The translations under genes were made by a program, and so were the position numbers. The notes beneath the pieces are model-generated. The model did no database searches and was not told the DNA's origin. It saw only the letters and a list, made by a program, of their open reading frames with translations. 64,000 bases of DNA. It comes from Deltaproteobacteria bacterium. Lineage in GTDB: Bacteria; SZUA-79; Acidulodesulfobacterales; Acidulodesulfobacteraceae. Below are positions 9,561 through 18,914 of this stretch, in pieces (position 1 is the first letter of the stretch; each line of letters begins with the position of its first letter). The stretch covers positions 135,057-199,056 of the forward strand of contig JAMDCP010000011.1 of assembly GCA_023489335.1 (NCBI GenBank). Direction: 5' to 3'.

Positions 9561-9788
9561 ATGCAAAAAATTATATCGGTTATCGTTAAGCCCGGTTCAA
9601 AAAAAGAAGGGTATGAGACCTTAAATGATGGCACATTAAGGCTTGCGATAAAAGAAAGACCTGTGGAAAACATGGCTAACGAAGCGGTAATAGAGAAAGT
9701 TGCTAAAATATATGGTAAACCCAAAAGCAAAATTACAATAAAATACGGTTTAAAATCTAAAAACAAAGTAATCGTGATAGATGAGTGA
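9561..9788 (+). CDS. DUF167/YggU family protein
   Basis: 75 aa with the pattern VKPGSKK...L.I...P.EN.AN..V... Confidence 0.6.
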   Translation: MQKIISVIVKPGSKKEGYETLNDGTLRLAIKERPVENMANEAVIEKVAKIYGKPKSKITIKYGLKSKNKVIVIDE

Positions 9789-9844
9789 AAACTTTTGGCT
9801 TCAAAAAAATTGACTTTAAGATATATTATAAATATAATATAAAC

Positions 9845-10264
9845 ATGAATAAATATTTTTTGAATAAAAAATATAAGATTTTTCTGTTTTTTCCTCTTGC
9901 TCTTATTGCGATTTCTTATCTAATCGGGGCTGCCGAAATCAGTTATATGTTTAATGTTCCAATGATAATGACCCCGATGCAAGTTGGGATGCCTATGCAG
10001 ATGGGGGAGTCCTTGGGAAAGCAGGTAAAAGGAATTGAAAAAGCAAGCCCGCTATTTTTTTCGAAAACCAATCCGCAACATTCTAATAAATTAAATTTAG
10101 AGTCTTATATAACTTGTGCAGAATGTCAGAATTTACCCTCTGCTTATCAGCCGGCATTATTCCATTACGGTAGTTTTATTAAAACAATCTCGTTTACGGG
10201 AAAGATATACGCTACACATTTTTCTTCCGATATACCCCACCCCCCTAAAACTAATCTTATTTAG
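9845..10264 (+). CDS. Hypothetical membrane-anchored Met-rich protein
   Basis: ATG at 9845 (MNKYFLNKKYKIFLFF...). One TM segment followed by VPMIMTPMQVGMPMQMG. No recognisable family. Confidence 0.4.
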   Translation: MNKYFLNKKYKIFLFFPLALIAISYLIGAAEISYMFNVPMIMTPMQVGMPMQMGESLGKQVKGIEKASPLFFSKTNPQHSNKLNLESYITCAECQNLPSAYQPALFHYGSFIKTISFTGKIYATHFSSDIPHPPKTNLI

Positions 10265-10475
10265 CCAAACATCTAATCTTTGCTTTGCGTGTAGTAAATT
10301 ATAGTTCATTAACGAGGATGAGAAGCCCCGGTGTTATCATCCTTGCTATGGGTTTATGCTGCGCAATATGCGTTTGCCCTGCGCCTATATCTGAAATAGC
10401 GGTGTCATATAGTTATTGTCCGGCACGCAAATTAAAAATTAATTAACATAATTAAATTAAAAAAGGGGATTCCTT

Positions 10476-11033
10476 ATGAATTCAAAATATTCATTTAATA
10501 ATAAAAAATTGGTAATTGTTTCAATATTATTAATACTGTTAGTTATTACGGGGATTTATTTACTTGCGGTAAAATTTAGTTCCGCCAATGGTGCGGGTTT
10601 AATGGGCGGCAGCAATGGAATGATGGGCAATAATGGCATGATGGGAAATGGCATGATGGGAAATGGCATGATGGGAATGGGCAACGACATGAACATGACG
10701 GGAAAAGGGGTGAATAATATGGGCCACAGGATGTTTCCCCAGTACAAAGGCGTAAAAACCGGACCCGCTTTATTCCGTTACGAAGGCTGTTTTATGTGCC
10801 ATACAATAAACGGGTCTGGCGGCGATGGTATGGCGCCTAATCTATCGCATATAGGGCAGGTAAGAAGTTTTTCATGGATTGCAACCCAAATAGCCGATCC
10901 CTCCGCGCATTTTAAGAGAAACAGCATTGTAACTTTAAACGGGGTCAAATATAAGGCTGTTATGCCTTCTTTTAAAAATATGTCTTCAAAGGATATCGGC
11001 ATATTGGCAAAATATCTCGAATCCTTAAAATAA
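10476..11033 (+). CDS. Membrane-anchored monoheme cytochrome c with Met/Gly-rich repeat region
   Basis: RBS GGGGA, N-terminal TM segment, (N)GMMG repeats, a single CFMCH heme motif and a distal AVMPSF Met. Confidence 0.7.
   Translation: MNSKYSFNNKKLVIVSILLILLVITGIYLLAVKFSSANGAGLMGGSNGMMGNNGMMGNGMMGNGMMGMGNDMNMTGKGVNNMGHRMFPQYKGVKTGPALFRYEGCFMCHTINGSGGDGMAPNLSHIGQVRSFSWIATQIADPSAHFKRNSIVTLNGVKYKAVMPSFKNMSSKDIGILAKYLESLK
10614..10676 (+). repeat. 15-bp coding tandem repeat aatggcatgatggga: 3 perfect copies plus 1 imperfect
   Basis: Perfect units at 10632-10646, 10647-10661 and 10662-10676, encoding NGMMG. Confidence 0.85.
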
Positions 11034-11086
11034 GCACGGCGGCAAAGAAAAAAATACTCCAAATTTAAAAGAGAGGTTCATCACAG

Positions 11087-12388
11087 ATGAAAAAAACTTT
11101 TATATTTATGTTTGTTTCAATATTATTTGCCCTTTTAATCTTTATTAATCCGTTCAGTAAATCTTACGGGTATAAGCATAAAAAGATTGGTGAGAAAACG
11201 GCGGATATACTGTCTTTAAATATGCTTATAAAAAAATCTTTGAAAAATCCTAATATATCCTCATCCGTGATTAAGACAGAAGGGCAAAAGGAAAAGATTA
11301 TAATTGCACGGGCTCTTCCAGAGCCCGTTATAAGCTTTGGGTTAACGGATGCAAATGGATTTAACAACCCTGGAATAGGCGTGAACTCGATGAGCGATAT
11401 TGGTTTCGGCATAAGCCAAAAGATACCCTTTCCTTCAAAGCTTGAAACAAAAAGCCAGATCAATAAATATTCTTACAGATCGCTTAAAGAAAAAACGCGG
11501 GCATTAAAGGTCAACACGGTTTATTTAGTTAAAACGGAATACTATGAACTGGCTTTAATAGAGAAACAGATTCGTGTAGTAAAATATAATAGAATGCTTT
11601 TAAAAATCGTTCTTGGTTATATCTCGCAGAAATATGGCATCGGAAAAGCCTCAGCCCCTGCATACATAAGGACGATGATAGAAGATTCCTCTTTAAAGGC
11701 GTCGCTGTTTTCTTTAGATAAAGCCAAATCAAAATTGATTTACCTATTAAGCGAACTCACGGGTTTAAAAGAGTCTTTGATTAAATCTAAAATAGCAATT
11801 TTGCCGGAGATAAAAGGTATTAAGCCGTCAAAATCGGAATACAAAATAATTCTTAAAGAGGCTTTTAAATTTAATCCGGATTTAAAATCGTTAAAATACC
11901 TGCATAAAAAATCTAATAAAGAACTTGATTTTGCAAAAGAAAGTTATCTGCCCGATTTTTATTTAAAGGCGGGTTACGGCTATAGGTACTCTATGGTCCC
12001 TGTTCTATCGGCATCCGTCGGATTATCGCTTCCCGTATATTTTAACAGTTACCAGATGCCCTTAATCAATAAGGCGAAAAAGGATAAACTTTCATCTATT
12101 TATAACATTAGCTGGGCTAAGTTGAAAATAATAAAAAATATCAGGCTCGCCTTAAAAAATATGAAGGAAGATTATAATAATTACAGCTTGTATAAAAGCC
12201 TATATATTCCGGAAGCAAAACTTCTTTTTAAATCCGAGTTATCGTCTTTCAGGGTCCAAAAATCAACAGGTTTTTCACTTCTCGATAGTTTCAGGAAATT
12301 AGTCGATTCCGAATTTAAAAAAGATATTTACAAGTCAAAATATTTTATCGATAAATCGCGCTTAGAATTAATTGCTGGTAGGATTTGA
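11087..12388 (+). CDS. Outer-membrane efflux protein (TolC/CusC-like OMF)
   Basis: Signal peptide, 433 aa, two-repeat OEP-like architecture. It is the first gene of an OMF-adaptor-RND triplet. Confidence 0.65.
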   Translation: MKKTFIFMFVSILFALLIFINPFSKSYGYKHKKIGEKTADILSLNMLIKKSLKNPNISSSVIKTEGQKEKIIIARALPEPVISFGLTDANGFNNPGIGVNSMSDIGFGISQKIPFPSKLETKSQINKYSYRSLKEKTRALKVNTVYLVKTEYYELALIEKQIRVVKYNRMLLKIVLGYISQKYGIGKASAPAYIRTMIEDSSLKASLFSLDKAKSKLIYLLSELTGLKESLIKSKIAILPEIKGIKPSKSEYKIILKEAFKFNPDLKSLKYLHKKSNKELDFAKESYLPDFYLKAGYGYRYSMVPVLSASVGLSLPVYFNSYQMPLINKAKKDKLSSIYNISWAKLKIIKNIRLALKNMKEDYNNYSLYKSLYIPEAKLLFKSELSSFRVQKSTGFSLLDSFRKLVDSEFKKDIYKSKYFIDKSRLELIAGRI

Positions 12389-12430
12389 TAAAAAAAATAA
12401 ATTGAGTAAAATACGGAGAACTTAAAAGAT

Positions 12431-13654
12431 ATGAAAACTAAAAATATTTTAATCTTTTTGGCGGCTTTTATTTTCGGAAGCCTTATAACATTTTTAATTA
12501 TAAGGATTGCCGGAAATAAAAGCGCGGGAGTTGCCGCCGGAAACGGCCATACGCCTGCAATGAAAATGGCTAAGGGCGGAATAATGGTTAATACGGCGCA
12601 AAGGCAGCTTTACGGCATAACTGTGGGAAAAGTAAAACTAATCGATATAAAAAGAAAAATTAGAACCATAGGCGAGGTTACCTATAGCACCCCGTTATTA
12701 AAAAATATAACCTTAAAGTACGGCGGTTATGTTAAGCATCTTTTTGTAAATAAACCCGGAGCGCCGGTATATAAAGGAGAACCTCTTTTTACCGTTTACA
12801 GCCCGGAGTTAGTAAATAGCGAAAATAATTTTTTGCTTGCCTATAAAAATTATGAAAAACTGAAAAAATCTAATTTCGATTTTGGAAAAAAAGAGGCTAA
12901 GGGATTTCTTAATTCGGCAGCTTTCAGGCTTAAATTGTGGGGGATTACGGATACCCAAATAAACGAATTAAAAGCGGGCAAATTAGTTTTAACCGATACG
13001 ACCGTTTATTCGCCTATTAACGGGGTCTTAATAAAGAAAAACATTTTTTCGGGCAGTTACTTTAATGCGGAGAAATTACTTTTTGAGCTTGCTGATTTAA
13101 ATCGCGTGTGGATGAATATCTGGGTTTACGAAAAGGATGCAGCGTTTGTAAGAAAAGGCGATATAGTAAAGGTAAGGTTTAATACTTATCCAGGAAAGGT
13201 ATTTCTCAGCAGGGTTTCCTTTGTTTATCCATATTTGTCCAATAAAAAAAGGGTAGTTGAAGTCAGGCTTGTTTTTAATAACCCCGAAGGTGAATTAAAA
13301 CCGGGTATGTACGGGAATGCGGACATTTTTCTTAGAAGCAAAAAAACCCTTGCAGTGCCGATATCAAGCGTATTAATAACGGGGGGCAAGCCCATTGTTT
13401 TTATTTATAAAGGCAAAGGGTATTTTATCCCGAAGCATATAACTATCGGGCGCCGTGCGGACGGCTATTACCCGATATTATCCGGTTTGAAGAATGGCGA
13501 AAGAATAGTTACATCGGGAACATTTCTTATGTCGGCAGATTCGAATCTTTCGCAAACAACCGGTTCGATGGCAGGTATGCCCGGGATGTCTGCCGGTTCT
13601 AATCGCTCTCAAACTCAAGCAACGGGCTCAATGGCCGGCATGCCGGGGATGTAA
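12431..13654 (+). CDS. Efflux RND periplasmic adaptor (CusB-like) with Met-rich C-terminal tail
   Basis: HlyD/MFP-like barrel-sandwich core. The tail repeats TGSMAGMPGM twice. Confidence 0.75.
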   Translation: MKTKNILIFLAAFIFGSLITFLIIRIAGNKSAGVAAGNGHTPAMKMAKGGIMVNTAQRQLYGITVGKVKLIDIKRKIRTIGEVTYSTPLLKNITLKYGGYVKHLFVNKPGAPVYKGEPLFTVYSPELVNSENNFLLAYKNYEKLKKSNFDFGKKEAKGFLNSAAFRLKLWGITDTQINELKAGKLVLTDTTVYSPINGVLIKKNIFSGSYFNAEKLLFELADLNRVWMNIWVYEKDAAFVRKGDIVKVRFNTYPGKVFLSRVSFVYPYLSNKKRVVEVRLVFNNPEGELKPGMYGNADIFLRSKKTLAVPISSVLITGGKPIVFIYKGKGYFIPKHITIGRRADGYYPILSGLKNGERIVTSGTFLMSADSNLSQTTGSMAGMPGMSAGSNRSQTQATGSMAGMPGM

Positions 13655-13700
13655 ATAATTCCCCTTCAAATGTTAAGTATTATTAAATCGGAGAATATTT

Positions 13701-16700
13701 ATGATTAATAAAATAATAGATTATTGTATAAATAACCAGTTTTTGGTTTTTGTTTTTATGCTTTTTTTGGGATTGGGCGGGGTTTATGCCATGTATAACA
13801 TAAGACTTACCGCGCTTCCGGATATTGCGCCGCAGGAGGTTATTATTAAAACGAATTGGTCGGGCCAACCCCCTAATATAGTTCAGCTTCATGTAACCTA
13901 TCCGATAGAAACCGCTTTGATTTCCGCTCCAAAAGTCAGGGAGGTAAGAGGCAGTTCGATGTATGGAACATCCTTTGTAACCGTCGTGTTTAAAAGGGGG
14001 ACTTCTTTAGGCTGGGCAAGAGCTCAGGTATTAACCTATTTATCTCAGGCCAAAAAACTGCTTCCGCCCGCAGTTACGCCGGTTTTAAGCCCTTATGCAA
14101 ACGGCGTGGATTGGGTTTATCAGTATGCGATAATAGATAAATCCCATAATCAAAGCCTTGCGGATTTATACTCTTTTCAGCAGTATTTTTTAAGATACAA
14201 TTTGGAAACCGTGCCGGGTGTTGCTCAGGTTGCAACTTACGGAGGTTTTTATAAGGAATACCAAATTACATTAAATCCTAAAGCATTGCAATATTACAAT
14301 ATATCGTTATCAAGGATTATTAACGATATAAGAGCGTCTAATGCGGATATGGGAGCAAGGGTAATAGATTCTTCTTCCGGCGTAAGCCATTTAATTTATG
14401 TCAAGGGCTATCTCCGTAATCTGGAGCAGATAAGAAATATAGTGGTCGGAACATCGTCAAACCATGTCCCTGTTTTAGTCAAAAATGTTGGAACGGTAGA
14501 AGTTGTACCCGCCGCTACGCGCTCTATTTCCGATTTAAACGGCAATGGACAGGTAATAGGCGGCGTGGTAATAAAGCAGCAGGGTTCGAATACTTTAAAT
14601 GTTATCAACGCGGTGAAAAAAAGGCTTAAATCCCTCAAAAGCTCGCTTCCGAAAGGGGCGGAAATAATTACGACTTACAATCAAAACACCCTGATTCACC
14701 GCTCTATCTCTACCCTTAAATCCACAATACTGATGATAGTTTTAATAGTAATTTTTGTTATATTGCTGTTTTTATTTCATTTAAGGTCGTCTTTGGTTAT
14801 CGTAATTATGATTCCTTTTGCCATTATGGGGTCTTTTTTGTTGATGTATATGCTTCATATAAGCGCCAATATAATGTCTTTATCGGGTATAGCCCTGGCA
14901 ATAGGCGCTATGACGGATTCGGCAATAGTTATGATAGAGAATTCCCATTCCCATCTTGAAATTTTAGAAAATCATCCTGAAATTTGCCCCTACGGAAACA
15001 TGGAAGATAAAGACGAGGCAAGAAAATTATGTATTGTGGATTCGGCTAAAGAAATGGGCAAGCCCTTATTTTATTCCCTTATTATTATTGCCGTCGGATT
15101 TTTGCCGATTTTCTTTTTAAGCGGGGAGGTCGGGGCGCTATTCAAGCCGCTGGCTTACACAAAAACATTCTCGATGATTTTTGCCGCCGTTCTCTCTGTT
15201 ATATTTGTTCCGATTCTTATGATTTATTTGATTAAAGGCAAAATAACGCCGCTTGAAAAAAACCCGGTAAACAGATTTTTGGTTTTTATATATTCGCCTT
15301 TATTAAAATTCGTTATGAAATATAAAGCCATTTTTTTAATTTTGCTTTTCGGCATTCTGGGCAGCGGCTATTATGCCTACAGTCAGCTTGGCTCGCAGTT
15401 TATGCCGCAGTTAAACGAAGGAACGCTTTTATATATGCCTTCTTCTGTCCCAGGACTTTCTTATACCGATGCGGCGCAGCTTTTGCAGGTGGAAGACAGG
15501 ATAATTAAAAAATTTCCTGAAGTTAAGATAGTTACCGGAAAGGCGGGCAGGGCGGATACGGCGTTCGACCCTGCATCTTTAGCTATGACGGAAACCACAA
15601 TCGTTCTAAAAAGAAGGAAATACTGGCCGGCAGGAATGACGGTTTCAAAACTTATAGATAAAATGAACAAGGCATTAAAAATACCCGGGCTTGAAAATGT
15701 CTGGACGATGCCGATAAAAAACAGGATAGAGATGACTTCGGCAGGCTTAAGAACGCCTATCGGAATAAAAATATACGGTTCCGATATAAAGGAGGTTCAA
15801 AAATTGGCCGAAAAGACGGCGGCGGCGGTTTCAATGGTTAAAGGCACGCTTAGCGCCTATGCGGAAAGAGTGTATAACAGGCCTTATATCGTAATTAAGC
15901 CAAAACCGAGGGCTATGGGTTTTTACGGTCTCACGCTTAAAAGTATAAACGAAGCGGTAGCCACCTCCGTAGGCGGCAAAACGATAAGCACTATCTATGA
16001 CGGCTTGGCCCGTTATCCGCTTTCGGTCAGGTATCCTTACCTGTACAGGAATAATTTAAAATCTTTAAGAAATGTGTTAGTTAAAACAGGCAACGGATTT
16101 GTTCCTTTAAAAGAATTAGCAAGTATAAAATATGAGTTAGGGCCTGCTTTTGTGTCATCCCAAGGGGGAATGCTCGACGATACGGTTGATATAACTTTGA
16201 ACACCCCGAATATGGTTTTGTGGGCTAAAAACGCTAAAAATATGATTAAGAAATATGTTAAATTTCCCAATGGTTATACTTATGTTATAAGCGGGGAGTA
16301 TAAATCGCTTAAAAGGGCAAATAATAAACTCATGCTAATAGTTCCCCTTACCATATTCATTATTTTCCTTTTAATCTATTTTAATTTTAAATCCATTCCC
16401 CTTTCGACGCTGGCGCTTCTTTCTATTCCTTTTGCATTAGTCGGCGCATTCTGGTATCTTTATTTAATGCATATAACCCTGTCTATCGCGGTTTGGGTCG
16501 GCATCATTGCCGTAATGGGCGTATCGACGGAAATAGGCGTGGTTATGATTTCCATACTGGAACTGACTTTTCATAATTATTATAAAGAAAGGGACAGGGA
16601 AGCAGGCGATAGTAAAGAATTTAAGTTTACGGAAAGTTCGGAAATTGAGCAGGTTGTTATTAAGGGAGCGACAATAAGGCTTCGCCCTATCGTTATGACT

Positions 16701-16877
16701 GCTATGTCTATCATAATGGGTCTTCTGCCTGCTATGTTTGCTTACGGAACGGGAGCGAGAATGACAAAATTTATCACTTCTCCCATGATAGGCGGGATGA
16801 TAAGCGCTACATTGCTAAATCTGTTTTTACTGCCAGTTTTTTATTTTATCTGGAAAAAGCGCACATTTACATTTTAA
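13701..16877 (+). CDS. Heavy-metal efflux RND permease, CusA/CzcA family
   Basis: 1058 aa with 12-TM RND architecture and two large periplasmic loops. Operon context with the adaptor and OMF. Confidence 0.85.
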   Translation: MINKIIDYCINNQFLVFVFMLFLGLGGVYAMYNIRLTALPDIAPQEVIIKTNWSGQPPNIVQLHVTYPIETALISAPKVREVRGSSMYGTSFVTVVFKRGTSLGWARAQVLTYLSQAKKLLPPAVTPVLSPYANGVDWVYQYAIIDKSHNQSLADLYSFQQYFLRYNLETVPGVAQVATYGGFYKEYQITLNPKALQYYNISLSRIINDIRASNADMGARVIDSSSGVSHLIYVKGYLRNLEQIRNIVVGTSSNHVPVLVKNVGTVEVVPAATRSISDLNGNGQVIGGVVIKQQGSNTLNVINAVKKRLKSLKSSLPKGAEIITTYNQNTLIHRSISTLKSTILMIVLIVIFVILLFLFHLRSSLVIVIMIPFAIMGSFLLMYMLHISANIMSLSGIALAIGAMTDSAIVMIENSHSHLEILENHPEICPYGNMEDKDEARKLCIVDSAKEMGKPLFYSLIIIAVGFLPIFFLSGEVGALFKPLAYTKTFSMIFAAVLSVIFVPILMIYLIKGKITPLEKNPVNRFLVFIYSPLLKFVMKYKAIFLILLFGILGSGYYAYSQLGSQFMPQLNEGTLLYMPSSVPGLSYTDAAQLLQVEDRIIKKFPEVKIVTGKAGRADTAFDPASLAMTETTIVLKRRKYWPAGMTVSKLIDKMNKALKIPGLENVWTMPIKNRIEMTSAGLRTPIGIKIYGSDIKEVQKLAEKTAAAVSMVKGTLSAYAERVYNRPYIVIKPKPRAMGFYGLTLKSINEAVATSVGGKTISTIYDGLARYPLSVRYPYLYRNNLKSLRNVLVKTGNGFVPLKELASIKYELGPAFVSSQGGMLDDTVDITLNTPNMVLWAKNAKNMIKKYVKFPNGYTYVISGEYKSLKRANNKLMLIVPLTIFIIFLLIYFNFKSIPLSTLALLSIPFALVGAFWYLYLMHITLSIAVWVGIIAVMGVSTEIGVVMISILELTFHNYYKERDREAGDSKEFKFTESSEIEQVVIKGATIRLRPIVMTAMSIIMGLLPAMFAYGTGARMTKFITSPMIGGMISATLLNLFLLPVFYFIWKKRTFTF

Positions 16878-18735
16878 CCCTTACCATGACGCCGTGCACT
16901 TTTTCGGCAGGAAGTTTATAAAATCTTACAAAAGAGGGGGATAACTTCTTAATTAAAGCAAAAATTCTCCAGAACGGGTTCACGCTGACAATATCTTCGA
17001 AACCGTAAAAAATAACGGTTTCGTCGATATTGTACTGCTTTAATATTTCTTCCACATCGACCACTTCGGAATATCCCGCGCTCACGGTAAGCTGGTTAAG
17101 CCCTGGGGCTATATCGCTTTTAAATATGTCGGCTATTCCGTATGGTTTTTCGGTTCTTTCTATTGAAACAAATATGTTTTTTTCGTACATTATATTATTG
17201 TCGAACATTGTTTTGACGATATACGGGGAGACCTTATCCGTAAGGCTGGCAAAAAACAGGGATGTTCCTTTTAATTTAGTGAAATTATTATAACGGTATT
17301 CATATTCTTTTAAAAACACTTGTAAGTCTGTCATCTTATATATGCTATGCAGTTTTTTCTGCCCATTTGTATATAGGATTATTGTAAGGAACGGAATTGT
17401 CGCTATAATTAATGCAAAATAACCTCCTTCGGCAGTTTTATATAATAAATTTGAGGCCAAAAACATAATATCGGCAAATGTCGTTATAAGCGATATAAAT
17501 AACATAAAGTATCTTTTTCTGTGGTAAAAATGCATATTTATTAAAATGCCCGTAAAGGTCATGGTTCCGCTGACGGCAAGACCATAAGCCATAGCAAGGT
17601 TATTGGATGTTCTGAACATTATTATTGCCGTTAAAACGCTTATAAATAAAAACCAGTTTGCAAAACTTATATATATTTGGGATTGTATTTCGCTGGACTT
17701 ATAATCTATCTTTAACAGGGGTATGATCCTGTTGTTTATAAGCTGGTAAACTATGGAGAATATGCCGCTTATAACTGCCTGAGACGCTATAATAGTCGCT
17801 AAAATGCTTAAAACCAAAATAGGGAAGTAAAATAGATGGGTCTGCGAATAAAGCATTTCGAAAAATGTATTCTTATCAGCCCGATGGCTCAGTAAAAAAG
17901 CGCCCTGTCCGGTATAATTTAAAACAAGCATAATAAATACGAAATACCATGCTTTGGTAATAGGTTCCCTTCCGATATGACCCATATCGGCATATAGGGC
18001 TTCGCCGCCGGTTGCCGAGAGAATTACATCGGACAGCACGAACAAGGAAATAATGCCGTGGGAAATTAAATGGTTTACGGAGATATTTCCGTTAAACACA
18101 AAATTTAAAGCATAATAAGGATTTATAACCTTTAATAAAATTTCGGGCATATACATTAACGACAATAAGCCCGAGGCGCCGATTACGACAAACCATAAGA
18201 GCATTACAGGGCTGAATATCTTTGCGATTTTTTCGGTTCCCTTATGCTGATACCAAAATAGAAGGGTGGTAATTATTACGGATATAAAAATAACGGTATC
18301 CGTTGTTACATTTTTAAAAACAGGTATTAAGTTTATACCTTCGACCGCGCTTAAAATACTTATGGCAGGAGTGATGACCGAATCGCCTATTAAAAGCGAT
18401 AGCGCGATATACGATATTACAGATATAAATGCTATTTCTCTTGCCGATTTTGCATATTTTTCGATAATATTTTTGAGTATTATCGTTCCGCCCTCATTCC
18501 TTTCGCTTATACCCATGGCAAACCAGACATACTGGATTGTAACCAAAAGGATTAATGTCCATATTATGAGAGATATAACGCCGCATACATTTTCGTCTGT
18601 AACTTTAAGATAGGCAAAAATGACGGCAATCGTATATATAGGGCTTGTCCCTATATCCCCGAACACGATGCCGAGGGCTTTTAGAGATTTATTTTCGGTT
18701 AAAACCTTTTTGGCTTTATCTAGTTCAAAAATCAT
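16867..18735 (-). CDS. kup: KUP/HAK/KT potassium uptake permease
   Basis: N-terminal GDIGTSPIYT signature; 622 aa polytopic protein with a cytoplasmic tail. Confidence 0.85.
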   Translation of the reverse strand: MIFELDKAKKVLTENKSLKALGIVFGDIGTSPIYTIAVIFAYLKVTDENVCGVISLIIWTLILLVTIQYVWFAMGISERNEGGTIILKNIIEKYAKSAREIAFISVISYIALSLLIGDSVITPAISILSAVEGINLIPVFKNVTTDTVIFISVIITTLLFWYQHKGTEKIAKIFSPVMLLWFVVIGASGLLSLMYMPEILLKVINPYYALNFVFNGNISVNHLISHGIISLFVLSDVILSATGGEALYADMGHIGREPITKAWYFVFIMLVLNYTGQGAFLLSHRADKNTFFEMLYSQTHLFYFPILVLSILATIIASQAVISGIFSIVYQLINNRIIPLLKIDYKSSEIQSQIYISFANWFLFISVLTAIIMFRTSNNLAMAYGLAVSGTMTFTGILINMHFYHRKRYFMLFISLITTFADIMFLASNLLYKTAEGGYFALIIATIPFLTIILYTNGQKKLHSIYKMTDLQVFLKEYEYRYNNFTKLKGTSLFFASLTDKVSPYIVKTMFDNNIMYEKNIFVSIERTEKPYGIADIFKSDIAPGLNQLTVSAGYSEVVDVEEILKQYNIDETVIFYGFEDIVSVNPFWRIFALIKKLSPSFVRFYKLPAEKVHGVMVRVKM

Positions 18736-18757
18736 AGGGTATCATTATAACTAAATT

Positions 18758-18846
18758 TATTACAAAAATGTAATAAAAATGTAACATAAATTTAACATAA
18801 ATTTAACAGAACCGTCATAAAAAACCGGCAGTGTCTCTGTTATACT
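18758..18846 (+). promoter_or_regulatory. Six 11-bp-phased T(G/T)TAAYA/CGTCATA repeats plus extended -10 (TGtTATACT)
   Basis: The core T of each repeat is at 18760, 18771, 18782, 18793, 18804 and 18815. The last unit is CCGTCATAAAA. The -10 hexamer is at 18841-18846. Confidence 0.65.
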
Positions 18847-18914
18847 AATCTAAAATTATTATTTATAAGATGTTGTTTTAAAAATGATTTTAACCTTTTT
18901 ATAACGGAGGAGAC

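Noticed and set aside
10265-10475. The comparatively GC-rich 210-bp gap before the Met-rich cytochrome gene, considered as a metal-sensing riboregulator or sRNA
   Set aside because: Only one convincing short hairpin is present (aggatga/tcatcct). There is no recognisable motif and no second copy in the window, so the evidence is insufficient.
16867-16877. The 11-nt convergent overlap of the RND permease and kup 3' ends, considered as a regulatory feature
   Set aside because: Short convergent overlaps are common in compact genomes, and no structure or motif is associated with this one.
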